47,809 nucleotides of DNA from a virus (lineage: Duplodnaviria; Caudoviricetes), in IMG/VR virus record IMGVR_UViG_3300033076_000767, positions 1 through 47,809 of that record. One strand, written 5' to 3'. Made by a program: the position numbers and the translations under genes. The notes under the pieces were generated by a model. That model was not told the DNA's origin. It ran no database searches and saw only the letters and a list, made by a program, of their open reading frames with translations. Shown piece by piece: positions 1-10,109 of this stretch (positions are counted from its first letter, which is position 1; each line of letters opens with the position of its first letter).

Positions 1-298
1 CGCGACCGCCAGCGATGACGTCGGTAGCGGACAAGTACTGAGTGCCAGCGGCGGCAGTACCAATGGTGATGGGCACGGTGGTCGCCGTACCGCCACCAAC
101 CACGGGAGTCGTAGTGCAATCAACGAAGAAGTTGATGATCTGCGACCCGGCGGGCAGAGTGACGGAGGAGGTGACCGCAGTACCAGCGGAAACGGTAGTC
201 ACAGTCGTGGACTGAGAGACTACAACGTATCCACCATCGGTAGCGTCGGTGAGAGAACCCGAACCTGTCCGGAGAGTAGAACCAATGTAGGTTGCCAT
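1..298 (-). CDS. Virion structural protein, partial (runs off the left edge)
   Basis: ATG at 298 with GGAG upstream; open frame MATYIGSTLRTGSGSLTDATDGGYVVVSQSTTV...; Thr/Gly/Val-rich; directly follows the capsid gene. Not in the ORF track because it is truncated. Confidence 0.7.
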   Translation of the reverse strand, partial: MATYIGSTLRTGSGSLTDATDGGYVVVSQSTTVTTVSAGTAVTSSVTLPAGSQIINFFVDCTTTPVVGGGTATTVPITIGTAAAGTQYLSATDVIAGGR

Positions 299-308
299 TC
301 AATTTCTC

Positions 309-338
309 CAAAAGGAGCAGGGGCACGAAGCCCCCGCT
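309..338 (-). terminator. Terminator-like hairpin after the major capsid gene
   Basis: Minus strand AGCGGGGGC-TTCGT-GCCCCTGCT followed by CCTTTT. Confidence 0.55.
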
Positions 339-344
339 GAGGGT

Positions 345-1259
345 TTAAACGCCGGGAGTACCGTACATTGCACGCCAGTCGGTGAAGCCGACGTCGTAAC
401 GCTCGGTGGCCTTGTAGCGCATGGTGTCGGTTTCGAAATCACCTTCCATGGTCTTCTCAAGGGCGCGGCGCATCAACAGCTTCATGCCTTCGGGGGCATC
501 GGTCTGGACCCACCATGCATTGGCGTTGGTCAAACGGCTCAACACTGCGGCACCTTCGTCCAAAAGGCCGATGGACTTCACAGGGTTGATATCGTTGTTG
601 GCCGTGCCAGCACGTAGAACGGATTTCAGCAACACTTCGGCCTGGAAAACGTTGCCGGGGGCCACCACCAACTGGCGGGGAACCAAGCGAATTTTCTTGC
701 CGTTGTTGTCCACTGCTTGACGAATCTGAATCAGCATCTGCTCAAGCGAGGTCTGGCTCAGGTTCGCGGCGGTGGACAGCAGGTTGCTGGCAGTACCGTT
801 CACGATGGGGTGAGAAGCGGAGTTCAATTGAACGCCATCACCACCGGGGTAAGCGCTGTTGAAAGCGCGGTTCAACACGTTGGCCGACAGCGTTTCCTTC
901 GTCTCGATCAAGGACTGAGCGAGGTGCTTGGCGTAAACCTGACCGATACGGATGTGATCGCCATCTTCCACCAGGACTTTGGTCAAGGCGAAAGCCAGAC
1001 CGTAGACTTGGTACACATAGCGCTTGAGGAACAACACGCCACCTTGCTGATAGGTAACGGGAGTACCATCAGGCAATTGAGGAGCGGCCCCAAATCCGTA
1101 GAGGACGGGTTCTTCGTGGTAGTTGCGAGGGATGCCTTGTTCTTCGCGGAAAACGCGAGACCATTCATCTTTTCGCTGATCGTAGACTCCATCGAAACAT
1201 TCGTTGAGGATAGGCTCAACGATTGATCGAAAGTCTGTACTGCGCATCGGAGCGGCCAT
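345..1259 (-). CDS. Major capsid protein (Mu gpT-like, HK97 fold)
   Basis: 304 aa; GGAGGGAG RBS; gpT-like motifs (GGDGVQLNSASHP, PRQLVVAP, EGDFETD..RYKATERY...DWR.MYG); follows scaffold and decoration genes. Confidence 0.85.
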   Translation of the reverse strand: MAAPMRSTDFRSIVEPILNECFDGVYDQRKDEWSRVFREEQGIPRNYHEEPVLYGFGAAPQLPDGTPVTYQQGGVLFLKRYVYQVYGLAFALTKVLVEDGDHIRIGQVYAKHLAQSLIETKETLSANVLNRAFNSAYPGGDGVQLNSASHPIVNGTASNLLSTAANLSQTSLEQMLIQIRQAVDNNGKKIRLVPRQLVVAPGNVFQAEVLLKSVLRAGTANNDINPVKSIGLLDEGAAVLSRLTNANAWWVQTDAPEGMKLLMRRALEKTMEGDFETDTMRYKATERYDVGFTDWRAMYGTPGV

Positions 1260-1274
1260 GGTTCACTCCCTCCC

Positions 1275-1841
1275 TTAAATGGCGTTCGTCACCGCAGTGT
1301 TCTGCGACTTCGAAATGGTGGCACGCACAATCGTGTACGCATCGCCCCAAGCATTGTCGGGGTAAGGAGCCAGATCTACAATGCGCATCTGGCCATTGTT
1401 CCCCGCGCCTTTCAGCGTGGTGGACAGAGTGCACTGGGACAGACCGGTGGTGGTCGAACCGGCGGTAGTGTTGCTGAGATCAGCTTCATCGTACAGCGAG
1501 GTTTGAGCCAGCGAACCATCGGCCTGGATTTCATACACGATCAGGGGATCGTTGTAGAAATAGGCGACGATTGCCGTACCAGCGGTACTGGCGGGCCAGT
1601 AGTTGGACACGCGACGACGGCCAGTGGTATCGGTCCACTCGACGCCATCAAAAGCACCGACAAATGCATCACCGGCGGCGGCGACGACGATCGTACCGCC
1701 AGTGTCGTACTTGACAGGCTGACCTTTCAGAATGTCGGTGGCATAGCCCGACGTGATACCGTTGGCGAGCGCTTGAGCGCGATCCAGACCCGAGGGGTGG
1801 AAAGCGGGGCGCATGCCGAACGGAGCGTTGGTAGCAGACAT
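1275..1841 (-). CDS. Capsid decoration/minor head protein
   Basis: Start reassigned to MSATNAPFGMRP (ATG 1841, GGAG RBS); 188 aa, beta-rich; immediately upstream of the capsid gene. Confidence 0.6.
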   Translation of the reverse strand: MSATNAPFGMRPAFHPSGLDRAQALANGITSGYATDILKGQPVKYDTGGTIVVAAAGDAFVGAFDGVEWTDTTGRRRVSNYWPASTAGTAIVAYFYNDPLIVYEIQADGSLAQTSLYDEADLSNTTAGSTTTGLSQCTLSTTLKGAGNNGQMRIVDLAPYPDNAWGDAYTIVRATISKSQNTAVTNAI

Positions 1842-1872
1842 GTGCTTACTCCATGGTTGGTTTGCAAATCCG

Positions 1873-2418
1873 TCAGGTAAATACCGGAACGGGCATTGGT
1901 TTATCGAGTTCCGCGATGCCTTCGCCTTCGACCATACCGAGATTGCGACCACGGCTGTCTCTCGGCCCCATGTTCTCAGTCTGCACGCGGATTTTGTCCG
2001 CTTCGTCCTGAGGAGCATAGTGGTGGAGTTCGGCCATGATTTCCTGGTACACATCCTCGGGGATCTTGTACAGGAGCATCTCGTTGCACGCCACGAATCC
2101 TTCGTGTTCCCCGGCTTTCACGCGGTAGTTTTCAAAGCCAGGAACTTCAGAAATGTTCACGGGGGTGTAACCCATCCGCAGACGTTTGTGAATTGGATCG
2201 TAACCGTTGGTGGTGGACAACCAGCAAACGTGGAATCCCGGAATATCCGGGGGTTTGGGGAGCGATTCTTGCACCCACTCGTTCCGGAACATCCTGCGAC
2301 GCTCCTGTTGACTTGCTAACTCGTCCGTGGCGGCGGCACGTTTGCTATCTTGCGATGCGCGAGATTCGCGGCCACCAGCGGAAAGATCTTTTTTCAGACG
2401 GGAATCGGATTGGCTCAT
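1873..2418 (-). CDS. Head-module hypothetical protein
   Basis: 181 aa; ATGA overlap with the scaffold gene. Confidence 0.65.
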   Translation of the reverse strand: MSQSDSRLKKDLSAGGRESRASQDSKRAAATDELASQQERRRMFRNEWVQESLPKPPDIPGFHVCWLSTTNGYDPIHKRLRMGYTPVNISEVPGFENYRVKAGEHEGFVACNEMLLYKIPEDVYQEIMAELHHYAPQDEADKIRVQTENMGPRDSRGRNLGMVEGEGIAELDKPMPVPVFT

Positions 2419-3428
2419 GATTGGCTCCTGTTCATGCGGTCATATTCCGCGTATTTGCGGATCATCTTGTTGCGCTCGGCGATGTTGTCCCATCGACCGG
2501 CTTCCTTGATAGCTCGGACGCGTTCGGGCGACAGCGTGAACTGGTTACTACCACCAGTTGAACCGCCGCGCGTATCGCGATCTGAGCCTGTTACCACAGA
2601 GCGAGGCCTCCGTTGAGTTGCTTCCGACGACTGTCTGTCGTCAGTGCCGCCATTATAGCGGTGCGGCAAGTATTTTGTCAATCTATTGTCCAACTCCTCC
2701 CAGTACTCGGGGGATGTTGGATCCCAGCCTTCCTCGGCCAGGGCGGTATCGACCTGGACCGCGACGCGCGAGTCCATATCGGTCCCGTTGGGGTCGTACC
2801 AGTCGCGTTTGGCCATCCAGTCGGAGGCCAAGCGTTTCAGGCGCGGGTCGGGTGCTCGGGGCACGGCGGGGCTGGACGGCTCGGCGATCGCCCGTTTCTT
2901 GAGCGCTTCGAGCGACTCGATCTGGCGTCGCGCCTCGTACCACGCCTCGTTGGCTTCGGCCAGCTTCGCACCGTCCGCAGTCTCGGTCGCCTCCTTGATC
3001 TGGAGCTTCGCGTAGTGCAAACGCACTCCGGCGTCCTCGATTGCCTTGTCCAGTCGAGCCGCATCGGCTCCCTGGGTGCGCTTTTCGAGCACGGCCAGTC
3101 GCTCGGCCATCTGCTCGTTCTGGCGCTTGAGAGCGTTGATCAGGTGATTGCTCTCCTGCTGTCGCGCCTTCTGCAACTTCTTCTTGAGGTGTCGCTCCTC
3201 GCGTCGAGCTTGCCGAATCGCCTCTCGCTCCGGATCTGGATCGACTTGGCCGTCATCCTGGTCCTCGTCCTCTCCGTCCTCGGCGGCGCGGCCCCGAGTG
3301 TCCTGGATCGCTCCGGGCGGCTGGGACGGCTGGGTGTCGTTTTGAATTTCGTCGTCGGGAAGAACGACTGTAGCACTGCCGTCTTGACCTTCGGTCACTT
3401 GCAGTTCCAACTTTTCGGTCGCGTTCAT
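2415..3428 (-). CDS. Putative scaffolding protein
   Basis: 337 aa; acidic disordered N-terminus, long coiled coil, C-terminal helix; lies between portal and capsid. Confidence 0.65.
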   Translation of the reverse strand: MNATEKLELQVTEGQDGSATVVLPDDEIQNDTQPSQPPGAIQDTRGRAAEDGEDEDQDDGQVDPDPEREAIRQARREERHLKKKLQKARQQESNHLINALKRQNEQMAERLAVLEKRTQGADAARLDKAIEDAGVRLHYAKLQIKEATETADGAKLAEANEAWYEARRQIESLEALKKRAIAEPSSPAVPRAPDPRLKRLASDWMAKRDWYDPNGTDMDSRVAVQVDTALAEEGWDPTSPEYWEELDNRLTKYLPHRYNGGTDDRQSSEATQRRPRSVVTGSDRDTRGGSTGGSNQFTLSPERVRAIKEAGRWDNIAERNKMIRKYAEYDRMNRSQS

Positions 3429-3850
3429 AGGAATGCCTTCACTTTCAATGGATCACCCGTCACCTTGGCGATGACTTCGTGATCGTTAAAGATCGAGAAC
3501 AGTGCGTGCTCGTCGTCCCCCCCGAACGGGACTTCCCAACGATCACCACCCCACTTGGGCATGCGGACGAAATCGCCCACCTGTACCCAGTTACCCTCGG
3601 GCCACGGCTCCAAGGTATCTCGCTTTTTGAAAGCGAGTGGACCCACCGCGATCACTTTCGCGACCTGTGTGTTCCACTTTTCGGTCTCCTTGGTCTCTTC
3701 GACCAGTACGATACCAGAGTTCGTGACAGTCTTTCGCACCTGTCTCCATTGGACTAGAATTCGTCCACCAACTGGTACTGCACCGGGGTCTACAGCAGGA
3801 AATGCTTCCCGCAGAGCGGCTTCATTCGAAACCTCCGGCTCATGCATCAT
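3425..3850 (-). CDS. groES: GroES/Cpn10-like co-chaperonin
   Basis: PVGGRILV, T.SGIVL mobile loop, AKVIAVGP, VQVGDFV, FNDHEVIAKV all match the Cpn10 pattern. Confidence 0.85.
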   Translation of the reverse strand: MMHEPEVSNEAALREAFPAVDPGAVPVGGRILVQWRQVRKTVTNSGIVLVEETKETEKWNTQVAKVIAVGPLAFKKRDTLEPWPEGNWVQVGDFVRMPKWGGDRWEVPFGGDDEHALFSIFNDHEVIAKVTGDPLKVKAFL

Positions 3851-4025
3851 CGTCGTCTTCCTTTAAAAGGTCATTTAAAATTACCAGAGCTTCTTCAAGC
3901 CCTTGGTGCTGTCCTACCAATCGCTGGTAGGTCTCGAAGTTAACGGCATTGCCATTAACCAGAGCTTGCGCGATCTTTTCTTGTCGAATCTTTATAGCAC
4001 CGACTAAATCTTCGACTAATCGCAT
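3840..4025 (-). CDS. Hypothetical protein
   Basis: 61 aa, helical; tightly packed in the head operon. Confidence 0.6.
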   Translation of the reverse strand: MRLVEDLVGAIKIRQEKIAQALVNGNAVNFETYQRLVGQHQGLEEALVILNDLLKEDDDDA

Positions 4026-4223
4026 TTACTTCTTGCTCGCTTGTTGCAACCCGCCCGTACGAGTGGGACGACGATTGGTCGTGTCCACCTTTTGGGTCGA
4101 GCGCTGAGGAGCGGAATCGCCACCACCACCGAGCGAGGAACCATCGAGGTTCGCGCCCATCGCGATGCGCTTGTGGTAGTTCACGTCTTGACCGGTTTGG
4201 CCAGCGTTATTGGATGTTGCCAT
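4026..4223 (-). CDS. Hypothetical protein
   Basis: 65 aa; AGGAGG RBS; overlaps the portal stop. Confidence 0.55.
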   Translation of the reverse strand: MATSNNAGQTGQDVNYHKRIAMGANLDGSSLGGGGDSAPQRSTQKVDTTNRRPTRTGGLQQASKK

Positions 4224-6723
4224 TTGGACCTCCTAGGGCTTGTTGTGCACTTTGCAGTGCGGCGAGAGCAGTGGCTTCCTGCTCGTGTTTCAACACCGCC
4301 GCGTCGTGAGTCAACTCGGCAGTTTTGATGCGTTCCTCGGTGAGATTGTCGCTCGCGTTGGTCGCGATATCGATCTGCATGCGTCGATTGTCGTTGAGCA
4401 TGTCGGCTTGGAGCTTTGCCTTGTCGTACGCCGCGTCCATCTGGTCCTTCTGCGCCCGACGCTGGGTCTCGGCCATGCTCGTTTGCAGGATGACCTGATC
4501 CGCCCCATCCATCGGCGGTTGCGGCTTGTACTGCTGTGCCAACTGCACGAGTTGCTGGATCACCGGCCCCATCCGCTGGAACGCTTGGTCCACATCCATG
4601 CTCGTGTGCTGGGACGCCAGCGCGTACAACTTGTCGATCTCGGGTGTGATTTCGGGCAGGTCGTAGTCCTTGACTGATCGACCCAATGACGTTTCGACGT
4701 AGCCGTTCATGTGCTTCAAATACCACAGCGTCATGTGCTGTTTGAGGTGCTCCAGCACCTGGGGGATGTACGCCGGTGCGATCAGCGGCGAGCTACCCAG
4801 CATCGGATTGCGAGCGAAATCGAGGTGCGCCTGAATGTGGGCCAGATGGTTCTGGTGCGGGTACGCGAATGCGGCGCGACCGACTGCCATTGCGGCATTT
4901 TCCTCGGCGGCGTTGATCTCGACGGGTTCCGTGGCCGTGGGCATCAACTCCTGCAAGTTCGGCACTTTCATCTGGCGCAACGCCCGCTGGACGACCGCGC
5001 GGCGATCGAACAGGTCCGGGTGCTCCTTCATCATCGCCATCACTGCCTGAGTCTGCGCCATCCGTTGCGTTTCGCTGAAGATGTGCGGATCGCTCACGGG
5101 CAAAATGTCGGTGTTGCGACGGAAGTCCTCGCGGCGAATGGGCAACTCGGCCACCATGTCGCCCTTGTACATGTCGTCCAAGTACCAGCGGTTGATGCGC
5201 GACAACACTTCCAGCACTCGGCGCTGGGACTCGTGCAGTCGGGAGTGGATCGCGGAGTAGACCGCCGCGCCCTGCTCAATCAGTGCCTGGGTGGTTCCAA
5301 CGGGGGCCGTGCTGGCGATGTCGGCGATCTTCTCCTCGCTCGTGGTCACCACGCCCTTGGCGGCGTCGTTGAGCCACCCGAGCAGTTGGAACAGGATCGG
5401 GCTGGGCGGGTTGAACGGGAACGGCATCGCGATCTTGCGAATGTCGTCCACGCCCGGTGCGCCCTCGATCTCGGCCACCTGCGTCACGTCCACCTGCTGG
5501 CTCTGGCCCGAAATCTTCGCGCCTTTGAGTTTCAGCATCGTGGCGGCGTTGTTGATGTGCGCCGAGTCCAGCAACGCACGGAGCGAGCCGGTGAGCGCGG
5601 CACTCAAGCCGCCAATCAGGTGGGGAAGGCCGATGGCGTAGGCCCCACGCCAGGGGATGAATTTGAATTCGATCAGCCAGTCGAGCTTAGTGCGGGTGTT
5701 ATCGTCCTCTTCCCAGTTGCGGTACAGGCCCACCACCTCGACATCGTTCTCGTCGATCATCAGGATGTAGGGGGCCATGTCGCCCTTGGTCCGTCCATCC
5801 TCCTCGATCTCCATGTAGGCGTAGACGTGGAAAACGCGACGCACGCCGTCCTCGTTGTCGTTCCACTTCTTGCCCTCGATCTTTTCGTTCGCCTTTTCGG
5901 GCGCGGTGGGCTCGGGTTCGGTGACGACACGGACGAGATCGATGTCGCGGTACAGACCCGCCGAAATGCGATCGCGGAACGTCTGCTCCGTGATATCCTG
6001 CACCTCGGTCACGCGTTGGGCGCTGTAGAAATTGTTCGCGGCGAAAGGCAAGATGACGTTATCGATCGGCACGAATTCGGCGCAGGGGCGCTTGAGGCGC
6101 TCGTCGTACCAGAGTTTCAGGTACTGGGAGCCGCCGAGTGGCAACTGCGTGAGCATCACCTCCTGCTCATCCCGGAACTCGGTGATCTGGCTCGTCAATT
6201 GCCAATTCATGAAATCGCGCTTGCGATCCGCGCGTTCCGATTCCTCATCCGACGCCTCGCCCAGTACGTTGGTGCGCACGGGGCCATCGGGTGGGAAAAG
6301 CTCTTTGATGACGCGCGATTCGAAATCGACGCAGGCCTCGGCCATGACCGGGTGCACGACCTTGGATGCCCCACTGAACGTGGCCCCACCGGGCGCGTCG
6401 TTGCCCATGCCGGTGCGGCGCAGGCCCTCCTCGTATTTCTTGTCCCGATCCTCTCGCGCCTTCTTGTCGCGCTCGATCAGGTCGATGTATTTCAACGCCA
6501 TTGACCCGAGCTTGAAATTCGGAATGCGCTCGGCGAGGTTCTGGTAGAAATCCTCGTCCTCCATCGGCCCCGAATTCACATCATCCAGGCGCACGACCGC
6601 CGATCCGTCGGCTTGCTCCTCCACGTCGAGCGGATCTTCCTCGCCCAAATCGACGATCATCCCCTCCTCGTCCTCTGGACCCGTGGGGAGACCTTCTTGC
6701 GGTTGTGGGAATTCGGTTGCCAT
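4207..6723 (-). CDS. Portal protein (P22-like, long C-terminal barrel)
   Basis: 838 aa downstream of terminase; VHPVMAEACVDF, LPLGGSQYLKLWYD, PVGTT.ALIEQG motifs; C-terminal coiled coil. Confidence 0.85.
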   Translation of the reverse strand: MATEFPQPQEGLPTGPEDEEGMIVDLGEEDPLDVEEQADGSAVVRLDDVNSGPMEDEDFYQNLAERIPNFKLGSMALKYIDLIERDKKAREDRDKKYEEGLRRTGMGNDAPGGATFSGASKVVHPVMAEACVDFESRVIKELFPPDGPVRTNVLGEASDEESERADRKRDFMNWQLTSQITEFRDEQEVMLTQLPLGGSQYLKLWYDERLKRPCAEFVPIDNVILPFAANNFYSAQRVTEVQDITEQTFRDRISAGLYRDIDLVRVVTEPEPTAPEKANEKIEGKKWNDNEDGVRRVFHVYAYMEIEEDGRTKGDMAPYILMIDENDVEVVGLYRNWEEDDNTRTKLDWLIEFKFIPWRGAYAIGLPHLIGGLSAALTGSLRALLDSAHINNAATMLKLKGAKISGQSQQVDVTQVAEIEGAPGVDDIRKIAMPFPFNPPSPILFQLLGWLNDAAKGVVTTSEEKIADIASTAPVGTTQALIEQGAAVYSAIHSRLHESQRRVLEVLSRINRWYLDDMYKGDMVAELPIRREDFRRNTDILPVSDPHIFSETQRMAQTQAVMAMMKEHPDLFDRRAVVQRALRQMKVPNLQELMPTATEPVEINAAEENAAMAVGRAAFAYPHQNHLAHIQAHLDFARNPMLGSSPLIAPAYIPQVLEHLKQHMTLWYLKHMNGYVETSLGRSVKDYDLPEITPEIDKLYALASQHTSMDVDQAFQRMGPVIQQLVQLAQQYKPQPPMDGADQVILQTSMAETQRRAQKDQMDAAYDKAKLQADMLNDNRRMQIDIATNASDNLTEERIKTAELTHDAAVLKHEQEATALAALQSAQQALGGPNGNIQ

Positions 6724-6747
6724 AAAGTTCCTTTATTGTAACACGGG

Positions 6748-7890
6748 TCAATAGTCGTAATCCAGTTTATCGCGATAGGACGGGGGAAGCGATCGCAATT
6801 CGCCCCTCATCCAACGATTGACGACTTCCGGGTCCACCTCCGGGTGTGTCATCAATTCCTCGACTGACGCCATTGATCGATCCCTGGCCGCTTGCATGAG
6901 TTCGTTGTATTTGGCCGGGTCCGCTTGCTGTAGCCCCCGCATCACCGGCTTGAGCGCCAGCGGCTTGATGCGCTCGTCTTCCCGCCCGATCATCTCCTGG
7001 AACGCTTTGCCGGGACGTACTGCACCCGTGAATTCCGGGTTGTAGTTGATGAACGGCTCCTGGAATCGACCGTAGAGGTCTTCGACGTGCTGGGCCAAAT
7101 ACTCGGCTGGGTCTTCACCTCGGGCCATGATACCACCGAATCGGGGCGGGGTGCGGAATTGCGAAGTGACGAAATTCACGGCTTCGTCCGCGCTCATGCC
7201 CTGCTTCATCGCCAGCGCCACCAAGCCGGGGATGTTAGCCTTCGTGGCCGCGAGGCCCGGGGTCACGGCTTTCGCCGCTTGTCCCACGATTTCCTCAACT
7301 CCACCCAGCGTGGTGGGCAGTGCACCCTGCGGTAGCGCCCCTTGCACCAGTTGCGCGGCCCCCGATTTCAACACCTGACGGCGGCTCACCGGTGTCTCGA
7401 TCAGCTTCTCCACCGTTCGGCTCGTCTTGCCCGCATCGGGCGACACGCTGGTGGTGGATTTCGTAATCGTCGGCGCTTGCCCCTCCTTGGCCGCTTGCTT
7501 CTCGACCTTGGACAACGGGAATTCGTTGGTCTCGGGGGCCATGCGGAAGAACGCGCGGCGGCTCGGGTCCGTCGGTGCGTCGAGTTTCACGCCCTTGAGC
7601 ATCAATTCGTCGCGCATCTGCTGAATCGACTTGGCCAACGCTTTGGCCTTCCCCGCCTGGGCCTCACCCGGTTCGAGCGCCAGCGCTCCAGCGGCGAGCG
7701 AACGACCGACACGACCGTAGGGGAGTAGCATCAGTGCCAAATCCACCGCGTCGTGGGGCACAAAGAATGTGTCGTACAGCTTGTCGCCGATGTCGGATCG
7801 ATGCTGACGACGAGCTTTCAGGTGTGGGTAAAACCCGCCGACCGGTTGACGGTTCGGGTCTTTCATGTACTCATCGTAATCAGACGGCAT
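6748..7890 (-). CDS. Hypothetical protein between terminase and portal (possible internal virion protein)
   Basis: 380 aa; GGAG RBS; contains two SRRxxx motifs. Confidence 0.65.
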   Translation of the reverse strand: MPSDYDEYMKDPNRQPVGGFYPHLKARRQHRSDIGDKLYDTFFVPHDAVDLALMLLPYGRVGRSLAAGALALEPGEAQAGKAKALAKSIQQMRDELMLKGVKLDAPTDPSRRAFFRMAPETNEFPLSKVEKQAAKEGQAPTITKSTTSVSPDAGKTSRTVEKLIETPVSRRQVLKSGAAQLVQGALPQGALPTTLGGVEEIVGQAAKAVTPGLAATKANIPGLVALAMKQGMSADEAVNFVTSQFRTPPRFGGIMARGEDPAEYLAQHVEDLYGRFQEPFINYNPEFTGAVRPGKAFQEMIGREDERIKPLALKPVMRGLQQADPAKYNELMQAARDRSMASVEELMTHPEVDPEVVNRWMRGELRSLPPSYRDKLDYDY

Positions 7891-9256
7891 AGGGGTTCTC
7901 CCGTTTCGTGCGGTATTGCTCGTCCACGTAATCGTTGTCCGGTGGCGTGGGGTCGATGTTGAGGAAGCCCATGTCGCGCAGAAGGCGCAGGGCCTGGGTG
8001 GTGGTGTCGGTCAGGTCGTCGTGCTCGGCCTCGGGGAACGAGCAAATCTGGCTCACCAGCGGTTCTGCCCAGTCGCGCGGATGGCCGCGACGAAGCGTGG
8101 ATTCGGGCACGTAGACGCGACCATGGGCGATGATGTTGGAAACCAGATGCAAGCGCTGGGTTTTGTCGGCCTTGCCCGGATTGTACGCGCGGCACGGGAT
8201 CTGCGCCCGTTGCAAGTCCTGGATGATCGAAATCCCCGCCGCTTTGTCCTCCACCAGCACCAAATCCACGCGCTTGCCGGGGTCGCCGTAGATCGACTCG
8301 TACTCGTCCACGATCTTGGGCTTGAGGTCCGGGTACGCGAGGTAGTCCTCCCAGCAGTCGATGAGCATGGCGCACAGCGGGCGGTCCTCGCTGGGTCGAA
8401 AGACGCCCCACACCGAGCACGCGGTCGGGTCGTTTTGCGTCTTGTCCGTGTACGCGCAGTCGTAAGACTGGAGAATGTAGAGAAATTCGGGCAGTGGGCG
8501 ATCGGCGTCCCAAATCTTGAACCACTCGCGCCGGATGATGCCGTAGTCCTCCGGGTCGATCACCTCGGCGTACAACTCCTGTCGCCCGATGCGCGTGCCC
8601 TCGTACTGCGAAATGATCTCGTCGCGGAACGTGGGTGCTAAGTTGTTGAAATTCTCGTGCGTCGTGCCACGCGTGAGGAACGTGCGTTCGTCCTCGATCA
8701 GGCGGCGCACGATGGGGATAGGCTTCGGTGTGGTGGTAACGCAGACTCGGGGCTTCTGGCCGAGACGCAGGCCGAACATCAAGTTCGACCACATATCCTC
8801 GGCATTGCGGAATTTCGCGAGTTCGTCGACCCAGGCTAGATCGTGCTGAGGGCCGCGCAGGGTCTCGGGGTCATTGTCCGAGTAGATCGTGGCGATCGCC
8901 CCATTGGGCCACTCGATGCGGCGTTTCGATGGTACGAAAGTCGGCTTGCACGACGGGTGCGAAATGGCGAGAATCCCCGATTCGCCCTCGATCATCACGT
9001 CGCGAGCGTCGCCCGCGTCCTCGGCAATGAGCGCGATGCGACCGGCCAGATTGTTCTCGACGTGGTAGCGCACGAATTCCGCACCGCACCGGGTCTTGCC
9101 CCACCCACGGCCAGCGAGAATGAGCCACACGGTCCAAAGATCACCGGGAGGGATCGTCTGGTTCGGTCGCGCCCAGGTCGGCCAATCGTAGAACAGTTCG
9201 AGCGCCTCGCGATCGGACAACTCGGCGACGAATTCGTTCCAGTTGTGGGGGTCCAC
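7880..9256 (-). CDS. terL: Terminase large subunit
   Basis: Walker A LAGRGWGKT, LRGPQ, Walker B AWVDE, RNase H-like QSYD...HDDLTD. Start uncertain; GTG at 9256 chosen (frame open to 9355). Confidence 0.93.
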   Translation of the reverse strand: MDPHNWNEFVAELSDREALELFYDWPTWARPNQTIPPGDLWTVWLILAGRGWGKTRCGAEFVRYHVENNLAGRIALIAEDAGDARDVMIEGESGILAISHPSCKPTFVPSKRRIEWPNGAIATIYSDNDPETLRGPQHDLAWVDELAKFRNAEDMWSNLMFGLRLGQKPRVCVTTTPKPIPIVRRLIEDERTFLTRGTTHENFNNLAPTFRDEIISQYEGTRIGRQELYAEVIDPEDYGIIRREWFKIWDADRPLPEFLYILQSYDCAYTDKTQNDPTACSVWGVFRPSEDRPLCAMLIDCWEDYLAYPDLKPKIVDEYESIYGDPGKRVDLVLVEDKAAGISIIQDLQRAQIPCRAYNPGKADKTQRLHLVSNIIAHGRVYVPESTLRRGHPRDWAEPLVSQICSFPEAEHDDLTDTTTQALRLLRDMGFLNIDPTPPDNDYVDEQYRTKRENPYAV

Positions 9257-9269
9257 AATGGTCGAGCGT

Positions 9270-9929
9270 TTACTCTTCCTTGGACTTCGCGTTGAGGCGC
9301 TGGGCGAGGCGATCACGGAGACCCTCAATATTGACGTTTGAATCGAGTCGGCCACTGACGTTCATGTTCACGTCTTTGGCCCGGAATTTCGCGTCGTACC
9401 CCATCAGTGTGAATTGCAGGAGCGAATCGCTGTATTTCTTCACCGTTTCGCCGGTCTTGAGGCCCTGGTGCACCAATGGCTCGTCGACACCGATCACCGA
9501 GCGGCGGTAGGCCTCGGCACGCATCGTATCGACCATCTCCTCCTGGATCGACTCCATGATGCTGTCGAACAGCTTGTGCTCACCCCGCCAGTTGATCAGC
9601 GTGATGCGCGAAATGGAGGCGGTGGTGTACGAATGTCGCATGCTGAATCGCGACTCTTCGGGTCCATCCCGGAATTCGGCGATCACCACGAGCATTTTGA
9701 ACGCTTTGGTCTCCTCGTGCAGTGCTAGGTCGCCCTTGGCCGTGAGGGTCGGGTCATTGCACACGAGTGAATGCGCCAGTTGGCTGGAGTCACTGGGCCC
9801 GAAGCGCACGCGGTCACGACGGATTGCGTCGAGCAGTGTTTGCACCGAAATACCCGCACGTCGCTCGTACTCGGCGATCGTTTCGGGTCCGCGATCTTTC
9901 AGCAGTTTGAGGTCGTCATTGAAAGCCAT
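9270..9929 (-). CDS. terS: Terminase small subunit
   Basis: EAYRRSVIGVDEP...YSDSLLQFTL motif typical of TerS; directly upstream of terL; start at MAFNDDL. Confidence 0.75.
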   Translation of the reverse strand: MAFNDDLKLLKDRGPETIAEYERRAGISVQTLLDAIRRDRVRFGPSDSSQLAHSLVCNDPTLTAKGDLALHEETKAFKMLVVIAEFRDGPEESRFSMRHSYTTASISRITLINWRGEHKLFDSIMESIQEEMVDTMRAEAYRRSVIGVDEPLVHQGLKTGETVKKYSDSLLQFTLMGYDAKFRAKDVNMNVSGRLDSNVNIEGLRDRLAQRLNAKSKEE

Positions 9930-10109
9930 GGCGCGAATTAAACCACAGGGGGCACAGGGCACACAATCCCGGCGTTTTATAAACCGCAGTTATGCGAAAG
10001 ACGATCGTTATAACTCGAAGTCATAAAGAATCGCGCGCGTACGCGAGAGGCCACCCCGAGAGCCTTAAGTAATAAGTCAGTATTACCGGGCGTCTAGAAG
10101 CACTCCAGT

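Noticed and set aside
4711-6504. Long plus-strand ORFs (597 aa here; also 15858-17381, 29643-30929, 20064-21164)
   Set aside because: Antisense shadows of well-supported minus-strand genes in GC-rich DNA; no recognisable motifs.
9256-9355. Programmed frameshift fusing terS and terL
   Set aside because: The frames overlap, but a +1 shift would be needed and no slippery site is evident; a GTG start at 9256 is simpler.
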